A stretch of 64,000 nt of DNA from an uncultured beta proteobacterium (GTDB taxonomy: Bacteria > Pseudomonadota > Gammaproteobacteria > Burkholderiales > Usitatibacteraceae), in NCBI GenBank assembly GCA_963698265.1, contig CAVOQC010000001.1, positions 1,106,680 to 1,170,679 on the forward strand, in the 5' to 3' direction. A program made the translations under genes and the position numbers. Positions within the stretch are counted from its first letter, which is position 1. Every line of letters starts with the position of its first letter. Below, piece by piece: positions 39,164-53,449 of this stretch. Below the pieces are notes generated by a model. The model had not been told where the DNA came from. It was given only the letters and a program-made list of their open reading frames with translations, and did not search any database.

Positions 39164-39532
39164 CTAGCCCATGCAGAAGACGTTCAGCTTGTTGCCGTCG
39201 AGGTCGCGGAAGTAGCCGGCATAGAACGATTCGCCGCGCAGCCCGACGGGACCCTCGTCCTTGCCGCCGAGCGCGAGCGCCTTCGCGTGGACGCGGTCCA
39301 CCTTGTCGCGGGCATCGACCACGAGCGCCACCATGACGCCGTTGCCCACCGTGGCGGCCTGCTTGTCATAGGGCTGCATGATGGCGAGCGCGGGGCGCTT
39401 CGGGTTCACGGTCCAGGCGTAGCCGCGGCCGAAGTCCATGGTCCGCGTCGCACCGATCTCGGCGAGGAGCGCGTCGTAGAAGGCGGTCGCGCGCGGCAGG
39501 TCGTTGGTTCCGAGCGTCACGTATCCGATCAT
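39164..39532 (-). CDS. VOC (glyoxalase/bleomycin-resistance/dioxygenase) family protein
   Basis: 122 aa: MIGYVTLGTNDLPRATAFYDALL...GYFRDLDGNKLNVF. Confidence 0.85.
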   Translation of the reverse strand: MIGYVTLGTNDLPRATAFYDALLAEIGATRTMDFGRGYAWTVNPKRPALAIMQPYDKQAATVGNGVMVALVVDARDKVDRVHAKALALGGKDEGPVGLRGESFYAGYFRDLDGNKLNVFCMG

Positions 39533-39596
39533 GGTTCTCTCCGGCTGTACGGTGGAAGGGAGCGCGCAGTGTAATGCAATCCCGCCGACGCCCCGC

Positions 39597-40265
39597 TCAC
39601 TCGAGAAACACCGCGATCTCGTCGAGTGACTTTCTTTCGATGGCCGGAACCGTCGCGCCGGGCGCGGGGTAGCCGGCCACGAGCAGCACGAAGGGTCGTT
39701 CGTTGTCGGGCCGCCCGAGGATGCCGTTGAGGAAGGCCATGGGGCTGGGCGTGTGCGTGAGGGTCGCGAGCCCGGCGTGGTGCAGGGCGGTGATGAGGAC
39801 GCCCGTGGCGATGCCGGCCGAGTCCATCGGGTAGTAGCGTTTCTGCCGCTCGCCCGATGCCCCCACGCCGTAGGCCTCGTAGAACACCGCGATCAGCCAG
39901 GGCGCGGTCTCGAGGAACGGCTTGTTCGCATCCGTGCCCAGCGGCGCCAGCGCCGCCAGCCACTCGTCGGGTGCGCGCCGTTCGTAGAAATCGCGCTCCT
40001 CGGCCTCCGCGCCCTCCCGGATCGCCTTCTTGATGGCCGGGTCCGAGACGGCCACGAAGCGCCACGGCTGCTGGTTCGCGCCGCTGGGGGCGGACCCGGC
40101 CGCGGCGATGCAGGCGGCGATCAGTTCCCGCGGCACGGGCTCGGGGGAGAAATCGCGCACGGTGCGCCGGCGCGCGGCCTCGTCGCGAAAGGACTCCGCG
40201 CGGTGGCGCATCTCCTCCGGAGCGAATCGGCGGAAGTCCAGGGGCTGCCGGTCGTTGGCGGGCAT
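39597..40265 (-). CDS. Nitroreductase-family flavoprotein (iodotyrosine-deiodinase-like subgroup)
   Basis: [39 protein letters not shown]... Confidence 0.8.
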   Translation of the reverse strand: MPANDRQPLDFRRFAPEEMRHRAESFRDEAARRRTVRDFSPEPVPRELIAACIAAAGSAPSGANQQPWRFVAVSDPAIKKAIREGAEAEERDFYERRAPDEWLAALAPLGTDANKPFLETAPWLIAVFYEAYGVGASGERQKRYYPMDSAGIATGVLITALHHAGLATLTHTPSPMAFLNGILGRPDNERPFVLLVAGYPAPGATVPAIERKSLDEIAVFLE

Positions 40266-40268
40266 CCG

Positions 40269-40556
40269 CTATTCCTCTTCGCCCCCGAAGCACGTCGTGA
40301 GCACGATGGCGACGAAAAGGAGCGTCCAAAAGGCCTGGAGAAAGCGGTCGCCGAGGGAACTCGAGTTCCGGCGGATCTTCCGGGCGCGATCGCGGAAGGC
40401 CGAGACTTCCTCCTTCGTGGCCTTGCGCCAGGGGTTGGGCGCCTCGCACAGGGGGCAGCGGGAAAGGTATTTCCGGCTCTCACTGCTGACGAAGGACCAG
40501 AAGGCCCGCCCGCCGATGACGGCGCCGCAATTGGAGCAGACCTCGGTAAGCGCCAT
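40269..40556 (-). CDS. Small zinc-ribbon protein with C-terminal TM helix, hypothetical
   Basis: CSNCG...CPLCE Cys pairs and the C-terminal helix FLQAFWTLLFVAIVLTTCF. The start is ambiguous (40556, 40586 or 40613). Confidence 0.45.
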   Translation of the reverse strand: MALTEVCSNCGAVIGGRAFWSFVSSESRKYLSRCPLCEAPNPWRKATKEEVSAFRDRARKIRRNSSSLGDRFLQAFWTLLFVAIVLTTCFGGEEE

Positions 40557-40646
40557 CGCCACCCCTGCCGCCCGGAAAGCGGCCATGGTGCCGCCGGGGA
40601 TTGCCGCTGGCAAGCGCCGGCGGGACCGTCGAGGAATGCCCGGGCG

Positions 40647-40676
40647 TTGCCGCCGCCGCTCGCGGCACGATAGAAT
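40647..40676 (+). promoter_or_regulatory. Candidate sigma70 promoter of the metH leader
   Basis: TTGCCG - 18 nt - TAGAAT, about 120 nt upstream of the metH ATG. Confidence 0.4.
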
Positions 40677-40746
40677 CCGTCGCTAGCGCCGATTTGACCC
40701 ATCAGCTTGCGGGCGCTCAACAAATACCGCTAAAGCGACCGGCCCA

Positions 40747-40780
40747 GAAAACCCGTCGCGCGCAGACGGGTTTTTCGTTT
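40747..40780 (+). terminator. Intrinsic-terminator-like hairpin inside the metH 5' leader (attenuator or riboswitch expression platform candidate)
   Basis: AAAACCCGTC-gcgcgca-GACGGGTTTT followed by TCGTTT. It ends 17 nt before the metH ATG, and no upstream same-strand gene exists for it to terminate. Confidence 0.6.
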
Positions 40781-40796
40781 CCGGATCGCCACGACC

Positions 40797-44500
<3,704 letters not shown>

Positions 44501-44501
<1 letters not shown>

Positions 44502-45463
44502 TGCGCGCGCTCGCCGCCCTCGGCGCGTGCCTGCTGCTGGCGCTGCCGGCCCGGGCCGACTGGCAGCCGACGAGGACCGTGAAGATCGTCGTGCCCTTCG
44601 CGCCGGGCGGCCAGCCCGATGTCGTCGCCCGCACGCTCGCCGAACCGCTCGCGAAGGCCCTGGGCCAGGCGGTGATCGTCGAGAACCGCCCCGGCGCCGG
44701 CGGCAACATCGCCGCGGATTTCGTCGCAAAAAGCGCGCCCGACGGCCACACGCTGCTCATGGGCACCAACGGGCCGCTTGCGCTGAGCACCGTGGCCTAC
44801 GCTTCGCTCCCGTACGAGCCGCTGCGCGATTTCGCTCCCGTAACGCTCGTGGGCACCTCCCCCAACCTCATCGCCGTGCATCCCGCGCTGGGCGTGTCAA
44901 CGCTCAAGGAACTCGTCGCAAGAGCGAAGGCGGAACCGGGCAGGCTCAACTTCTCCTCCGTGGGCAAGGGAAGCGTCTCGCAGCTTTCCATGGAGATGTT
45001 CAATTCCCTGGCGGGCATCCGCACCGAGCACATCCCGTACAACGGCGGCGCGCCCGCGGTGATGGCGCTCGTCGCCGGCGACGTGCAGATCCTCTCGCTC
45101 AATCCCACGGCGCTCCTGCCGCAGATGCACGCGGGCAAGGTGAGAATTCTCGCGCAGACGGGGGCCGTGCGTTCCGCCCTCATCGCGGAGGTGCCCACGG
45201 TGGCCGAATCCGGCTACCCCGGGTTCGAGGCCGGCGTCTGGATGGCGATCGTCGCGCCCGCGAAGACGCCGCCGGAAGCGCTCGCGCGCCTGAACGCGGA
45301 GTTCGTGCGGGCGATCCGCGATCCCGCGCTCAAGGCCTCGCTCTGGGATCGGCAGTGGATAGAACCGGTCGGCTCGGCGCCGGAAGAGGTCACGCGCGTG
45401 ATGCGCAGGGAGATCGACAAGTGGGCACGCGTAGCAAGGGCCGCAAACCTGAAGTCGGAGTGA
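44501..45463 (+). CDS. Bug-family (TctC-like) tripartite tricarboxylate transporter substrate-binding protein
   Basis: Signal peptide, then RTVKIVVPFAPGGQPDVVARTLAEPL...VENRPGAGGNIAADFVAKSAPDGHTLL. The ATG overlaps the metH TGA (TGATG). Confidence 0.9.
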
Positions 45464-45570
45464 GGCCGCCCGCCGGCGCCGGCACGGGAGCGCAGGCGCC
45501 CGCGCCACGCTCGCGGTCGGCAGGTCTCGTCGAGGCCCTCGGCGCGATCGTGCGCGGCCGCCTGGTGGGG

Positions 45571-46959
45571 ATGACGATCGGCTCGGGCGTGCGACTCTAT
45601 GCGGCGATATTCCTGGGTCTCGGCGCCATCACCCTGAACGTGGGCTGGCAGCAGGGGCCGAAGCGCCTGCTCGAGGCAAGCGAGTTCAAGACGTTCACGG
45701 CGCGCGCCGATGGCCGCATCGTGGAGAGCTGGCTCGCGATCGAACTGGAGCCGGCCGCGATCGGCGAAGCGCGGAACTGGCGCGCCTCCGCGAAGGCCTC
45801 CCCCTGCGCCGTGGTCGAATACGACGGCGACTGGGGCAAGGGCTCGCGTCGCGCCTTCTGCGGCAACCGCCTCGGCTTCAACGAGTCCTACGCGCTGCAC
45901 GACCTGAAGGAGATGGCCCCCGGCATCGCCTTCGCCTGGGCGCGCGACGCCTCGGGATTCGCCGTGCCGGAGATCCGCATGGGCGAGGCCGCGGTGCGCT
46001 GGCTCGCCTCCCACGGGCCGTCGCAGGCTGCGGCCGGCGCGCAGGCACCGGCCACCGCGCTGGGGGTGCTCGAGCGCGAGGTGGACCGTCCCGTGGATGT
46101 CGCGGTGGAGAGCTGGGCGGCCGCGCCGCCGGCGTATCCGCTCGCCTTCGATCCGAAGTCCCCGGGCAGCGCGATGCCCGCGGCCTACGTCGAGGCCCGT
46201 CGCGAGTCCGGGGCGGCCTGGGTGCTGGCGACGATGTTCCTCGTGATCGGCTTCGGCCTCTGGTTCGCGGGCACGGCGATCCTCCTGCCGGCGCTGCCGC
46301 TGCCCGTGCACCTCTTTCTCGCGGCACTTCCGCTCGCGGCCCTGCCCTGGTGGGGCGACGCGGTGCCGCGCTACCTGCGCCACCTGCATCCCGGGTTCGC
46401 GATGGTGGTCGCGGACATGCTCGGCGAGACCGACATCACCGGGCGCCTCGTGGCGAGCGATCCGGCGGACGCCACGCTCGCCGGCGGCGACGTGCTTCGC
46501 TGGCCCCCGGGTCGCGGCGACCACGCAGAAACCTTCGGGCGCATGCGCTTCGTGAAGCCCGAGCCGCCGCCGCGCGATGCCGATGCGGCGCTCGCCGCGC
46601 TCACCGCCGCCGTCGCCACACAGGTGCGGGCCATGCCCGAGGGCGAGCGCATCGAGCTGTTCCGGCGCCTGGAGCGCGACAAGGCTGCGGGACTGCACGG
46701 CGCGGGGCTCGCCTTCGTGCCCGCGGCGAGGCAGGCGGTGATGGAGCCGAGCACGCCCGCGGAGGTGCGCAAGTCCGCAGGGAGGTTCCTTTCGGCGTGG
46801 GTAACGCAGCCCGTGGACGAGCCGTGGCCGCGCGATGCCGGGTTCCGGGAGCGCATCCGCATCTTCGGATCGCTCCGGGACGTGCCGATCAGCGACGTGG
46901 CGATCCTCTCGGCATCGATCGCGGAGCGGGCGGCGGCCCGCGAACAGGAACGCCGCTAG
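45571..46959 (+). CDS. Hypothetical membrane protein (1 N-terminal and about 2-3 central TM helices)
   Basis: Long in-frame ORF with a plausible composition. Helices LYAAIFLGLGAITL and AAWVLATMFLVIGFGLWFAGTAILLPALPLPVHLFLAALPLAALPWW. The start is uncertain (ATG 45571 or GTG 45460). No family recognised. Confidence 0.55.
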   Translation: MTIGSGVRLYAAIFLGLGAITLNVGWQQGPKRLLEASEFKTFTARADGRIVESWLAIELEPAAIGEARNWRASAKASPCAVVEYDGDWGKGSRRAFCGNRLGFNESYALHDLKEMAPGIAFAWARDASGFAVPEIRMGEAAVRWLASHGPSQAAAGAQAPATALGVLEREVDRPVDVAVESWAAAPPAYPLAFDPKSPGSAMPAAYVEARRESGAAWVLATMFLVIGFGLWFAGTAILLPALPLPVHLFLAALPLAALPWWGDAVPRYLRHLHPGFAMVVADMLGETDITGRLVASDPADATLAGGDVLRWPPGRGDHAETFGRMRFVKPEPPPRDADAALAALTAAVATQVRAMPEGERIELFRRLERDKAAGLHGAGLAFVPAARQAVMEPSTPAEVRKSAGRFLSAWVTQPVDEPWPRDAGFRERIRIFGSLRDVPISDVAILSASIAERAAAREQERR

Positions 46960-48074
46960 AGCGGCAGGATCCGCGCCGGGTCCGGGCGCTCGGCGAACGC
47001 GAGGAAGGCCTCTCCCAGCCGTTCGCTCTCCGCGATCGCCGTCTTCCAGTACGAGAGCCGTCCGTCGAAATCGGACTCGAAGCGCTTGAAGTCCTTGCGG
47101 TCGGGGAGCTTTCCGAAAGGCAGCTTCGCGACGTACTCGCGCGTGGGCGACACCAGCACCACGTTGTCCAGCCACTCGCCCCGCGCGCGCCGCCACGGCA
47201 GCGCCTTGTCGAACCAGCCGGGAACGATGCGATCCGTGAAGTGGGGATAGAGCACGAGCCCGTCCACCCGCGCGTAGGGCAGGTGCAGGTGATAGTCGAT
47301 GAGCCCGCCGTCCCAGTAGAGGCCGGCCGGTGCGCCCGGGATGTCGGGCACGGCCTCGATCACCAGCGGGATGGCTGCGGAAGCGACGAGTGCCTCGCGG
47401 AGGTTTTCGCGGTCCAGCGCAACGGCGTGCGTCTTGAACGCGTCGAAGCGGATCGACGGATTGCCGGTTGCCGGAACGGGATCTCCAGGCACTCCGGCAT
47501 CCGCGAGGAAGGGCGGCCGCGCACGGGCGTCGTGGAAGATCGTGCGCTCGAGGAAGTGGCGCAGGTGCCGGCGCCCCGCGAGGTTCGCGAGCGCCGCCGC
47601 GCCGAAGCCCGCGGCGCGACGCAGGCCCGCATCGTGCACGAGGGGGCCGCGGCCGCGCACCGCGAGCACGTGCACGCGCCAGTCGCGGCTCGCGAGAATC
47701 CCCTCGTCGTGGCCGTCGAAGAGCGCCGCGAGCATTTCGCGGACCTTGCGCGTGACGAACGCGGCGCCGGAACCGGGCGGGTAGCGCTGTGCGGCGTAGA
47801 GGCGCGCGAGTTCGCGCAGTCCCTGCGCGGGATCGGCGCGGCAGGCCGCTGCGAATCGCCAGGCGCCGATGGAGGCGCCGACGAGGTGGCGCACGCGGGG
47901 CGCCTTCGGCAGCCACTCGCCGAAAAGCGCGATGTCGAGGCCGGTGAGGCCCAGCGCCTTCGGCCCGCCCGCGGCGCCGGGAATGAGTGCCACGTCGGCG
48001 GGATCGAGCCCGTGCTCGAGGATGCGTGCCCGGGCGCGCGGCCCGGCGCGGATCGTGAGCGTCGGCTCGGCCAT
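46956..48074 (-). CDS. Patatin-like phospholipase
   Basis: IPGAAGGPKALG (oxyanion loop), GASIGA (GxSxG), YWDGGLIDY (catalytic Asp). Confidence 0.85.
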   Translation of the reverse strand: MAEPTLTIRAGPRARARILEHGLDPADVALIPGAAGGPKALGLTGLDIALFGEWLPKAPRVRHLVGASIGAWRFAAACRADPAQGLRELARLYAAQRYPPGSGAAFVTRKVREMLAALFDGHDEGILASRDWRVHVLAVRGRGPLVHDAGLRRAAGFGAAALANLAGRRHLRHFLERTIFHDARARPPFLADAGVPGDPVPATGNPSIRFDAFKTHAVALDRENLREALVASAAIPLVIEAVPDIPGAPAGLYWDGGLIDYHLHLPYARVDGLVLYPHFTDRIVPGWFDKALPWRRARGEWLDNVVLVSPTREYVAKLPFGKLPDRKDFKRFESDFDGRLSYWKTAIAESERLGEAFLAFAERPDPARILPL

Positions 48075-48078
48075 GGCG

Positions 48079-49083
48079 CTACCGGTAGATGAGGATCTCC
48101 GGCTTCTCCGCGTCCCGGGCGAAGCCGCGGTACATGCCCTCGGTTGTGAAGGAGAAGACCGCATTGCCCGAGCGGTCGAGCACGATCACGCCGCCGCGCC
48201 CGCCGATCGCCCGCACCTTCCCGAGCGACTCGTCCGCCGCCTGCTGCGCGGTGAGGCCCTTGTACTTCACGAGCGCGGCGATGTCGTGGGCCGCGACGCT
48301 GCGAATGAACATCTCGCCGGTGCCCGTGGCCGACACCGCCACGCTCTCGTTCTCCGCCCAGGTGCCCGCGCCGACGATCGGGGAGTCGCCCACGCGCCCG
48401 AAGCGCTTGTTGGTGAGCCCGCCGGTGGAGGTGGCCGCGGCGAGGTTGCCCGCCTGGTCGAGGGCCACGGCGCCCACGGTGCCGAACTTCTCGTGCTCCT
48501 CGAGGGCGCTCGACTTCTTCGGCGCATCGTGGTCCATCGGGATCGCGTCGCGTTCCTTCGCGCGCTGCAGCTGCTGCCAGCGTTCCTCGGTGCGGAAGTA
48601 CGCGGGTTCGACGATCTCGAGGCCCTGCTCTTTCGCGAACCGGTCCGCGCCCCTGCCCCCGAGAAGCACGTGGCGGGATTTCTCCATCACCGCGCGCGCC
48701 GCCTCGATGGGATTCTTCGCGGTGGTAACGCCGGCGACGGCACCCGCGCGCCGGCCCTTGCCGTCCATGATCGAGGCGTCCATCTCGTTCGTGCCTTCGT
48801 TCGTGAAGACGGCGCCCCTGCCGGCGTTGAAGAGGGGGGAGTCCTCCATCACCTTCACGGCGGCGACGACGGCATCGAGGCTTGCGCCGCCGCCGGCGAG
48901 CACGCGGCGCCCGGCCTCGATCGCCTCGGTGAGTGCCGCGCGGTACGCCGACTCGCGTTCCGGCGTGAGCGTGGTGCGCGTGATGGTGCCGGAGCCGCCG
49001 TGTATCGCGATGGCGAACGGCTTGTCCTGCGCGGCGGCCGAGAACGCGGCGGTCGCGACAAGAATTGCGGCGACATGCTTCAT
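48079..49083 (-). CDS. Isoaspartyl peptidase / L-asparaginase (Ntn-hydrolase, plant-type)
   Basis: Signal peptide. IAIHGGSG. The autoprocessing site HEKFGTVGAVALD. GDSPIVGAG. Confidence 0.88.
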   Translation of the reverse strand: MKHVAAILVATAAFSAAAQDKPFAIAIHGGSGTITRTTLTPERESAYRAALTEAIEAGRRVLAGGGASLDAVVAAVKVMEDSPLFNAGRGAVFTNEGTNEMDASIMDGKGRRAGAVAGVTTAKNPIEAARAVMEKSRHVLLGGRGADRFAKEQGLEIVEPAYFRTEERWQQLQRAKERDAIPMDHDAPKKSSALEEHEKFGTVGAVALDQAGNLAAATSTGGLTNKRFGRVGDSPIVGAGTWAENESVAVSATGTGEMFIRSVAAHDIAALVKYKGLTAQQAADESLGKVRAIGGRGGVIVLDRSGNAVFSFTTEGMYRGFARDAEKPEILIYR

Positions 49084-49195
49084 GGATTCCCTCCGGGATG
49101 GTTGCAGCGATTCTAACCGGGCGCCCCGGCCCGGCATTCGCCGGCATGCTAGATTGGAATTCCCGGATATCCCTTGTCCCGACTCCCTCGCTTCC

Positions 49196-50272
49196 ATGTC
49201 ACTTCTCTTCAGCCCGATCACGCTGCGCTCCGTCACGATCCCCAACCGCGTCTTCGTCTCGCCGATGTGCGAGTACTCCTGCGAGGACGGCGTGCCGAAC
49301 GACTGGCACCTGGTCCACCTCGGCAGCCGCGCGGTCGGCGGCTGCGGCCTCGTGATCACGGAAGCCGCGAGCGTGTCGCCCGAGGGACGCATCACGCCCT
49401 GGGACGCCGGCATCTGGTCGGCCGCGCAGGTCGAGGCGTGGAAGCCGATCGTGAAGTTCATCCGCGACCAGGGCGCTTTGACGGGCATCCAGATCGCGCA
49501 CGCCGGGCGCAAGGCCTCGTGCGACAAGCCCTGGAATGGCGGCAAGCCGCTCGCACAGGGCGCGGGCGGTTGGAAGACGCTCGGGCCCAGCGAGATCGCC
49601 TTCGGCGATTACCCGGCGCCGCGCGCGATGACGCCGGCGGACCTGGAGGCGTGCGTGGCCGCTTTCCGCCATTCGGCGGGCCTCGCGCTGCAGGCGGGGT
49701 TCGAGGTGGCCGAGGTGCACGCGGCCCACGGCTACCTGCTGCACGAGTTCCTCTCGCCGCTGTCGAACCGGCGCGAGGATGACTTCGGCGGCTCGCTCGC
49801 CAATCGCATGCGCTTCCCGCTGGCGGTCGTGCGCGCGGTGCGCGAGGCGTGGCCCGGGGACAAGCCCGTGCTGGTGCGCATCTCGGCGAGCGACTGGAAG
49901 GAGGGCGGCTGGGACCTCGCACAGTCGATCGCCTTCGCCCGCGAGCTGAAGGCGATCGGCGTCGACATGATCGACGTCTCCAGCGGCGGCAACGCCGCCG
50001 ACCAGAAGATCGTGCTCGGCCCGGGCTACCAGGTGCCGTTCGCCGCCGCCATCCGGCGCGAGGCGGATATTCCGGTGGCCGCGGTCGGCCTCATCACCGA
50101 GCCGGTGCAGGCCGAGCACATCCTCGCGACCGGCCAGGCCGATGCGGTGTGCCTCGCGCGCGCGCTGCTGCGCGACCCCTATTGGCCGCGCCATGCCGCG
50201 AAGGCCCTCGGCGTGGCGATGGCCTGGCCCAACCAGTACAAGCGCTGCGACACCGGCCCCCTGGGCCGCTAG
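49196..50272 (+). CDS. NADH:flavin oxidoreductase, Old Yellow Enzyme family (NamA/YqjM-like)
   Basis: NRVFVSPMCEYS, GIQIAHAGRKAS, HAAHGYLLHEFLSPLSN, RISASDW. Confidence 0.9.
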   Translation: MSLLFSPITLRSVTIPNRVFVSPMCEYSCEDGVPNDWHLVHLGSRAVGGCGLVITEAASVSPEGRITPWDAGIWSAAQVEAWKPIVKFIRDQGALTGIQIAHAGRKASCDKPWNGGKPLAQGAGGWKTLGPSEIAFGDYPAPRAMTPADLEACVAAFRHSAGLALQAGFEVAEVHAAHGYLLHEFLSPLSNRREDDFGGSLANRMRFPLAVVRAVREAWPGDKPVLVRISASDWKEGGWDLAQSIAFARELKAIGVDMIDVSSGGNAADQKIVLGPGYQVPFAAAIRREADIPVAAVGLITEPVQAEHILATGQADAVCLARALLRDPYWPRHAAKALGVAMAWPNQYKRCDTGPLGR

Positions 50273-50289
50273 ACGAAAGGACGGACGCG

Positions 50290-50991
50290 ATGTACGACCT
50301 CTACTACTGGACCACGCCCAACGGCCACAAGATCACGCTGTTCCTGGAGGAGGCGAAGCTGCCCTACCGCCTGCACGGCATCAACATCGGCAAGGGCGAG
50401 CAGTTCGCGAAGGACTTCCTGAAGATCTCGCCCAACAACCGCATCCCGGCGCTGGTCGACCACGCGCCGGCCGACGCCGGCAAGCCGCTTTCGGTCTTCG
50501 AGTCGGGCGCGATCCTCGTCTACCTCGCGGGCAAGACGGGGAAGTTCATCCCGAGGGACCTGCGCGGGCAGGTGGAGGCGCTCGAGTGGCTCATGTGGCA
50601 GATGGGGGGGCTGGGCCCGATGGCCGGGCAGAACCACCACTTCCAGCACTACGCCCCGGAGAAGGTGCCCTACGCGATCGAGCGCTACGTGAAGGAGACG
50701 AGCCGCCTCTACGGCGTGCTCGACAAACGCCTCAAGGGCCGCGACTTCATCCTCGGGAAGTCCTATTCCATCGCCGACATGGCCTCCTATCCCTGGATCA
50801 TTCCCGAACGCCAGGGCCAGGACCTCGCCGACTTCCCGAACCTCGCGCGCTGGCACGCCGCGATCCGCGCGCGCCCCGGCACCACGCGCGCCTACGCGAA
50901 GGCGAAGGAAGTGAACCCGACCCCGCGCGGTCCGGTGACCGAGCAGGAGCGCAAGATTCTCTTCGGCCAGGACAGGGGCGTGGTGAAATAG
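50290..50991 (+). CDS. Glutathione S-transferase (Nu-class, YfcG/YghU-like)
   Basis: LYYWTTPNGHKITLFLEE, ISPNNRIPALVD, FESGAILVYLA, MWQMGGLGPMAGQ. Confidence 0.88.
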   Translation: MYDLYYWTTPNGHKITLFLEEAKLPYRLHGINIGKGEQFAKDFLKISPNNRIPALVDHAPADAGKPLSVFESGAILVYLAGKTGKFIPRDLRGQVEALEWLMWQMGGLGPMAGQNHHFQHYAPEKVPYAIERYVKETSRLYGVLDKRLKGRDFILGKSYSIADMASYPWIIPERQGQDLADFPNLARWHAAIRARPGTTRAYAKAKEVNPTPRGPVTEQERKILFGQDRGVVK

Positions 50992-51045
50992 CGCCCGGGC
51001 GGAAGCCAGCGCCCGCACCCCCCGCGTGAGCGGCAGGAGGAGACC

Positions 51046-52464
<1,419 letters not shown>

Positions 52465-52489
52465 CACGGCGCACGGCGCCGGATGGAAA

Positions 52490-52521
52490 GGGCCGGGCGA
52501 GGGCGTCTCGCGCCCCGGCCC
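52490..52521. terminator. GC-rich hairpin between convergent genes (weak terminator candidate)
   Basis: GGGCCGGGCG-agggcgtct-CGCGCCCCGGCCC, an imperfect stem with no clear T-tract. Confidence 0.25.
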
Positions 52522-52542
52522 GGCCCCTGGAGATCGCCGCGG

Positions 52543-52902
52543 CTACTGGCCGAGTTCCTTCTTCGCCTTCTCCTGGTCCTCGCGGAACTTGTTCATGACC
52601 GCGTTGTGCTCCTCGACCGCGGCGCGGATGCCGTTGTTGCTCGCCTCGATGAAGGCCTTGCGTTCCGCCACGTAGGCCTTCACGCAGTCCTGGTAGTTCT
52701 TGAGCGCTTTCGTGAAAGCCTCGCGCTTGTCGTCGTCCTGGATGGCCTTCACGCCCGGGTAGACGGGCTTGGGCTCGCACTTGGCCGCCGGAACGCTCAC
52801 GCCGGGCGCCGCGGCGGTAGCAGTAGCGGCGGCGGGGGCCTGCGCGAGCGTGGCGGTGGTGCCCAGGGCGAGGGCAATCGCGAAGACGGTGCGTTTCATC
52901 AT
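52543..52902 (-). CDS. Small secreted helical protein, hypothetical
   Basis: Signal peptide MMKRTVFAIALALGTTATLAQA, then a Lys/Glu-rich helical region. Confidence 0.6.
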   Translation of the reverse strand: MMKRTVFAIALALGTTATLAQAPAAATATAAAPGVSVPAAKCEPKPVYPGVKAIQDDDKREAFTKALKNYQDCVKAYVAERKAFIEASNNGIRAAVEEHNAVMNKFREDQEKAKKELGQ

Positions 52903-52960
52903 CGAGTTCCTTTCGGTCGCAAGGTGCGGATTTTACCGTGATAGGGAGCGGCGGCGAACC

Positions 52961-53449
52961 TCAGGGCTTGCCCTTGGCCGGAGCGGGCGGCGGAATCAGC
53001 AGCAGGTCCGGCGCGGAGATGGCGCGGCTCAGCTCCACGGCGGAGAGAAGGTCGCCGCACACCTTGTCCTGGCCCGTCGGGCAGCTGCTCTTGGCGAGGT
53101 CGCGGATCTCGGCGGAATCCTGGGTCGCGAGCGTGGGGCTGCTCAGGCGCCGGTTGAGCCAGCGGCGGAAAGGTTCGTCCTTGTCGAGGATGGGGCCCGC
53201 ATCCCCCACCTTGTGCCAGCCGCTGATCACCACGCGCAGCATCGCCTCGGTGAAGAGGTCCGCGGTCGTGCCCTTGTCGCAGTGACCGAAGTCCTTCACC
53301 GACTTCTGCAGCGCGGCCCAGGTGGTCACGCCGTCGATCGCCTTGTTGGCGCCGTCGCAGGGTTTGTCGGCGGCCGCGGCGCCGAAGCTCGCGGCCGCGA
53401 GGAGGAGTGCGGCGGCCCTAGGCCGCCATGCCGGGTCTCTGGGAAGCAT
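52961..53449 (-). CDS. Secreted Cys-containing hypothetical protein
   Basis: I chose the start at 53449 ([27 protein letters not shown] signal). This overlaps the last 32 nt of dxs. Confidence 0.5.
   Translation of the reverse strand: MLPRDPAWRPRAAALLLAAASFGAAAADKPCDGANKAIDGVTTWAALQKSVKDFGHCDKGTTADLFTEAMLRVVISGWHKVGDAGPILDKDEPFRRWLNRRLSSPTLATQDSAEIRDLAKSSCPTGQDKVCGDLLSAVELSRAISAPDLLLIPPPAPAKGKP

Noticed and set aside
40680-40746. Calling the metH leader an SAH riboswitch (or SAM-II) outright.
   Set aside because: Only partial resemblance is present (AGCGCC...GGCGCTCA, GATTT, AAAGC). I could not find the expected P1 CCGAG/CTCGG pairing of the SAH motif or a convincing SAM-II pseudoknot. It is kept only as an unclassified leader plus terminator pending a covariance-model search.
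46956-48074. Patatin-like phospholipase as a CBASS CapV-type effector.
   Set aside because: There is no CD-NTase, Cap2/Cap3 or other CBASS gene anywhere nearby. The neighbours are ordinary metabolic genes.
49150-49166. Sigma54-like -24/-12 element cGGCATgctagaTTGGa upstream of the Old Yellow Enzyme gene, possibly a target of the nearby EBP.
   Set aside because: The GG-to-GC spacing is off by one, and the -12 element is TTGG rather than TTGC. The spacing of sigma54 promoters is strict.
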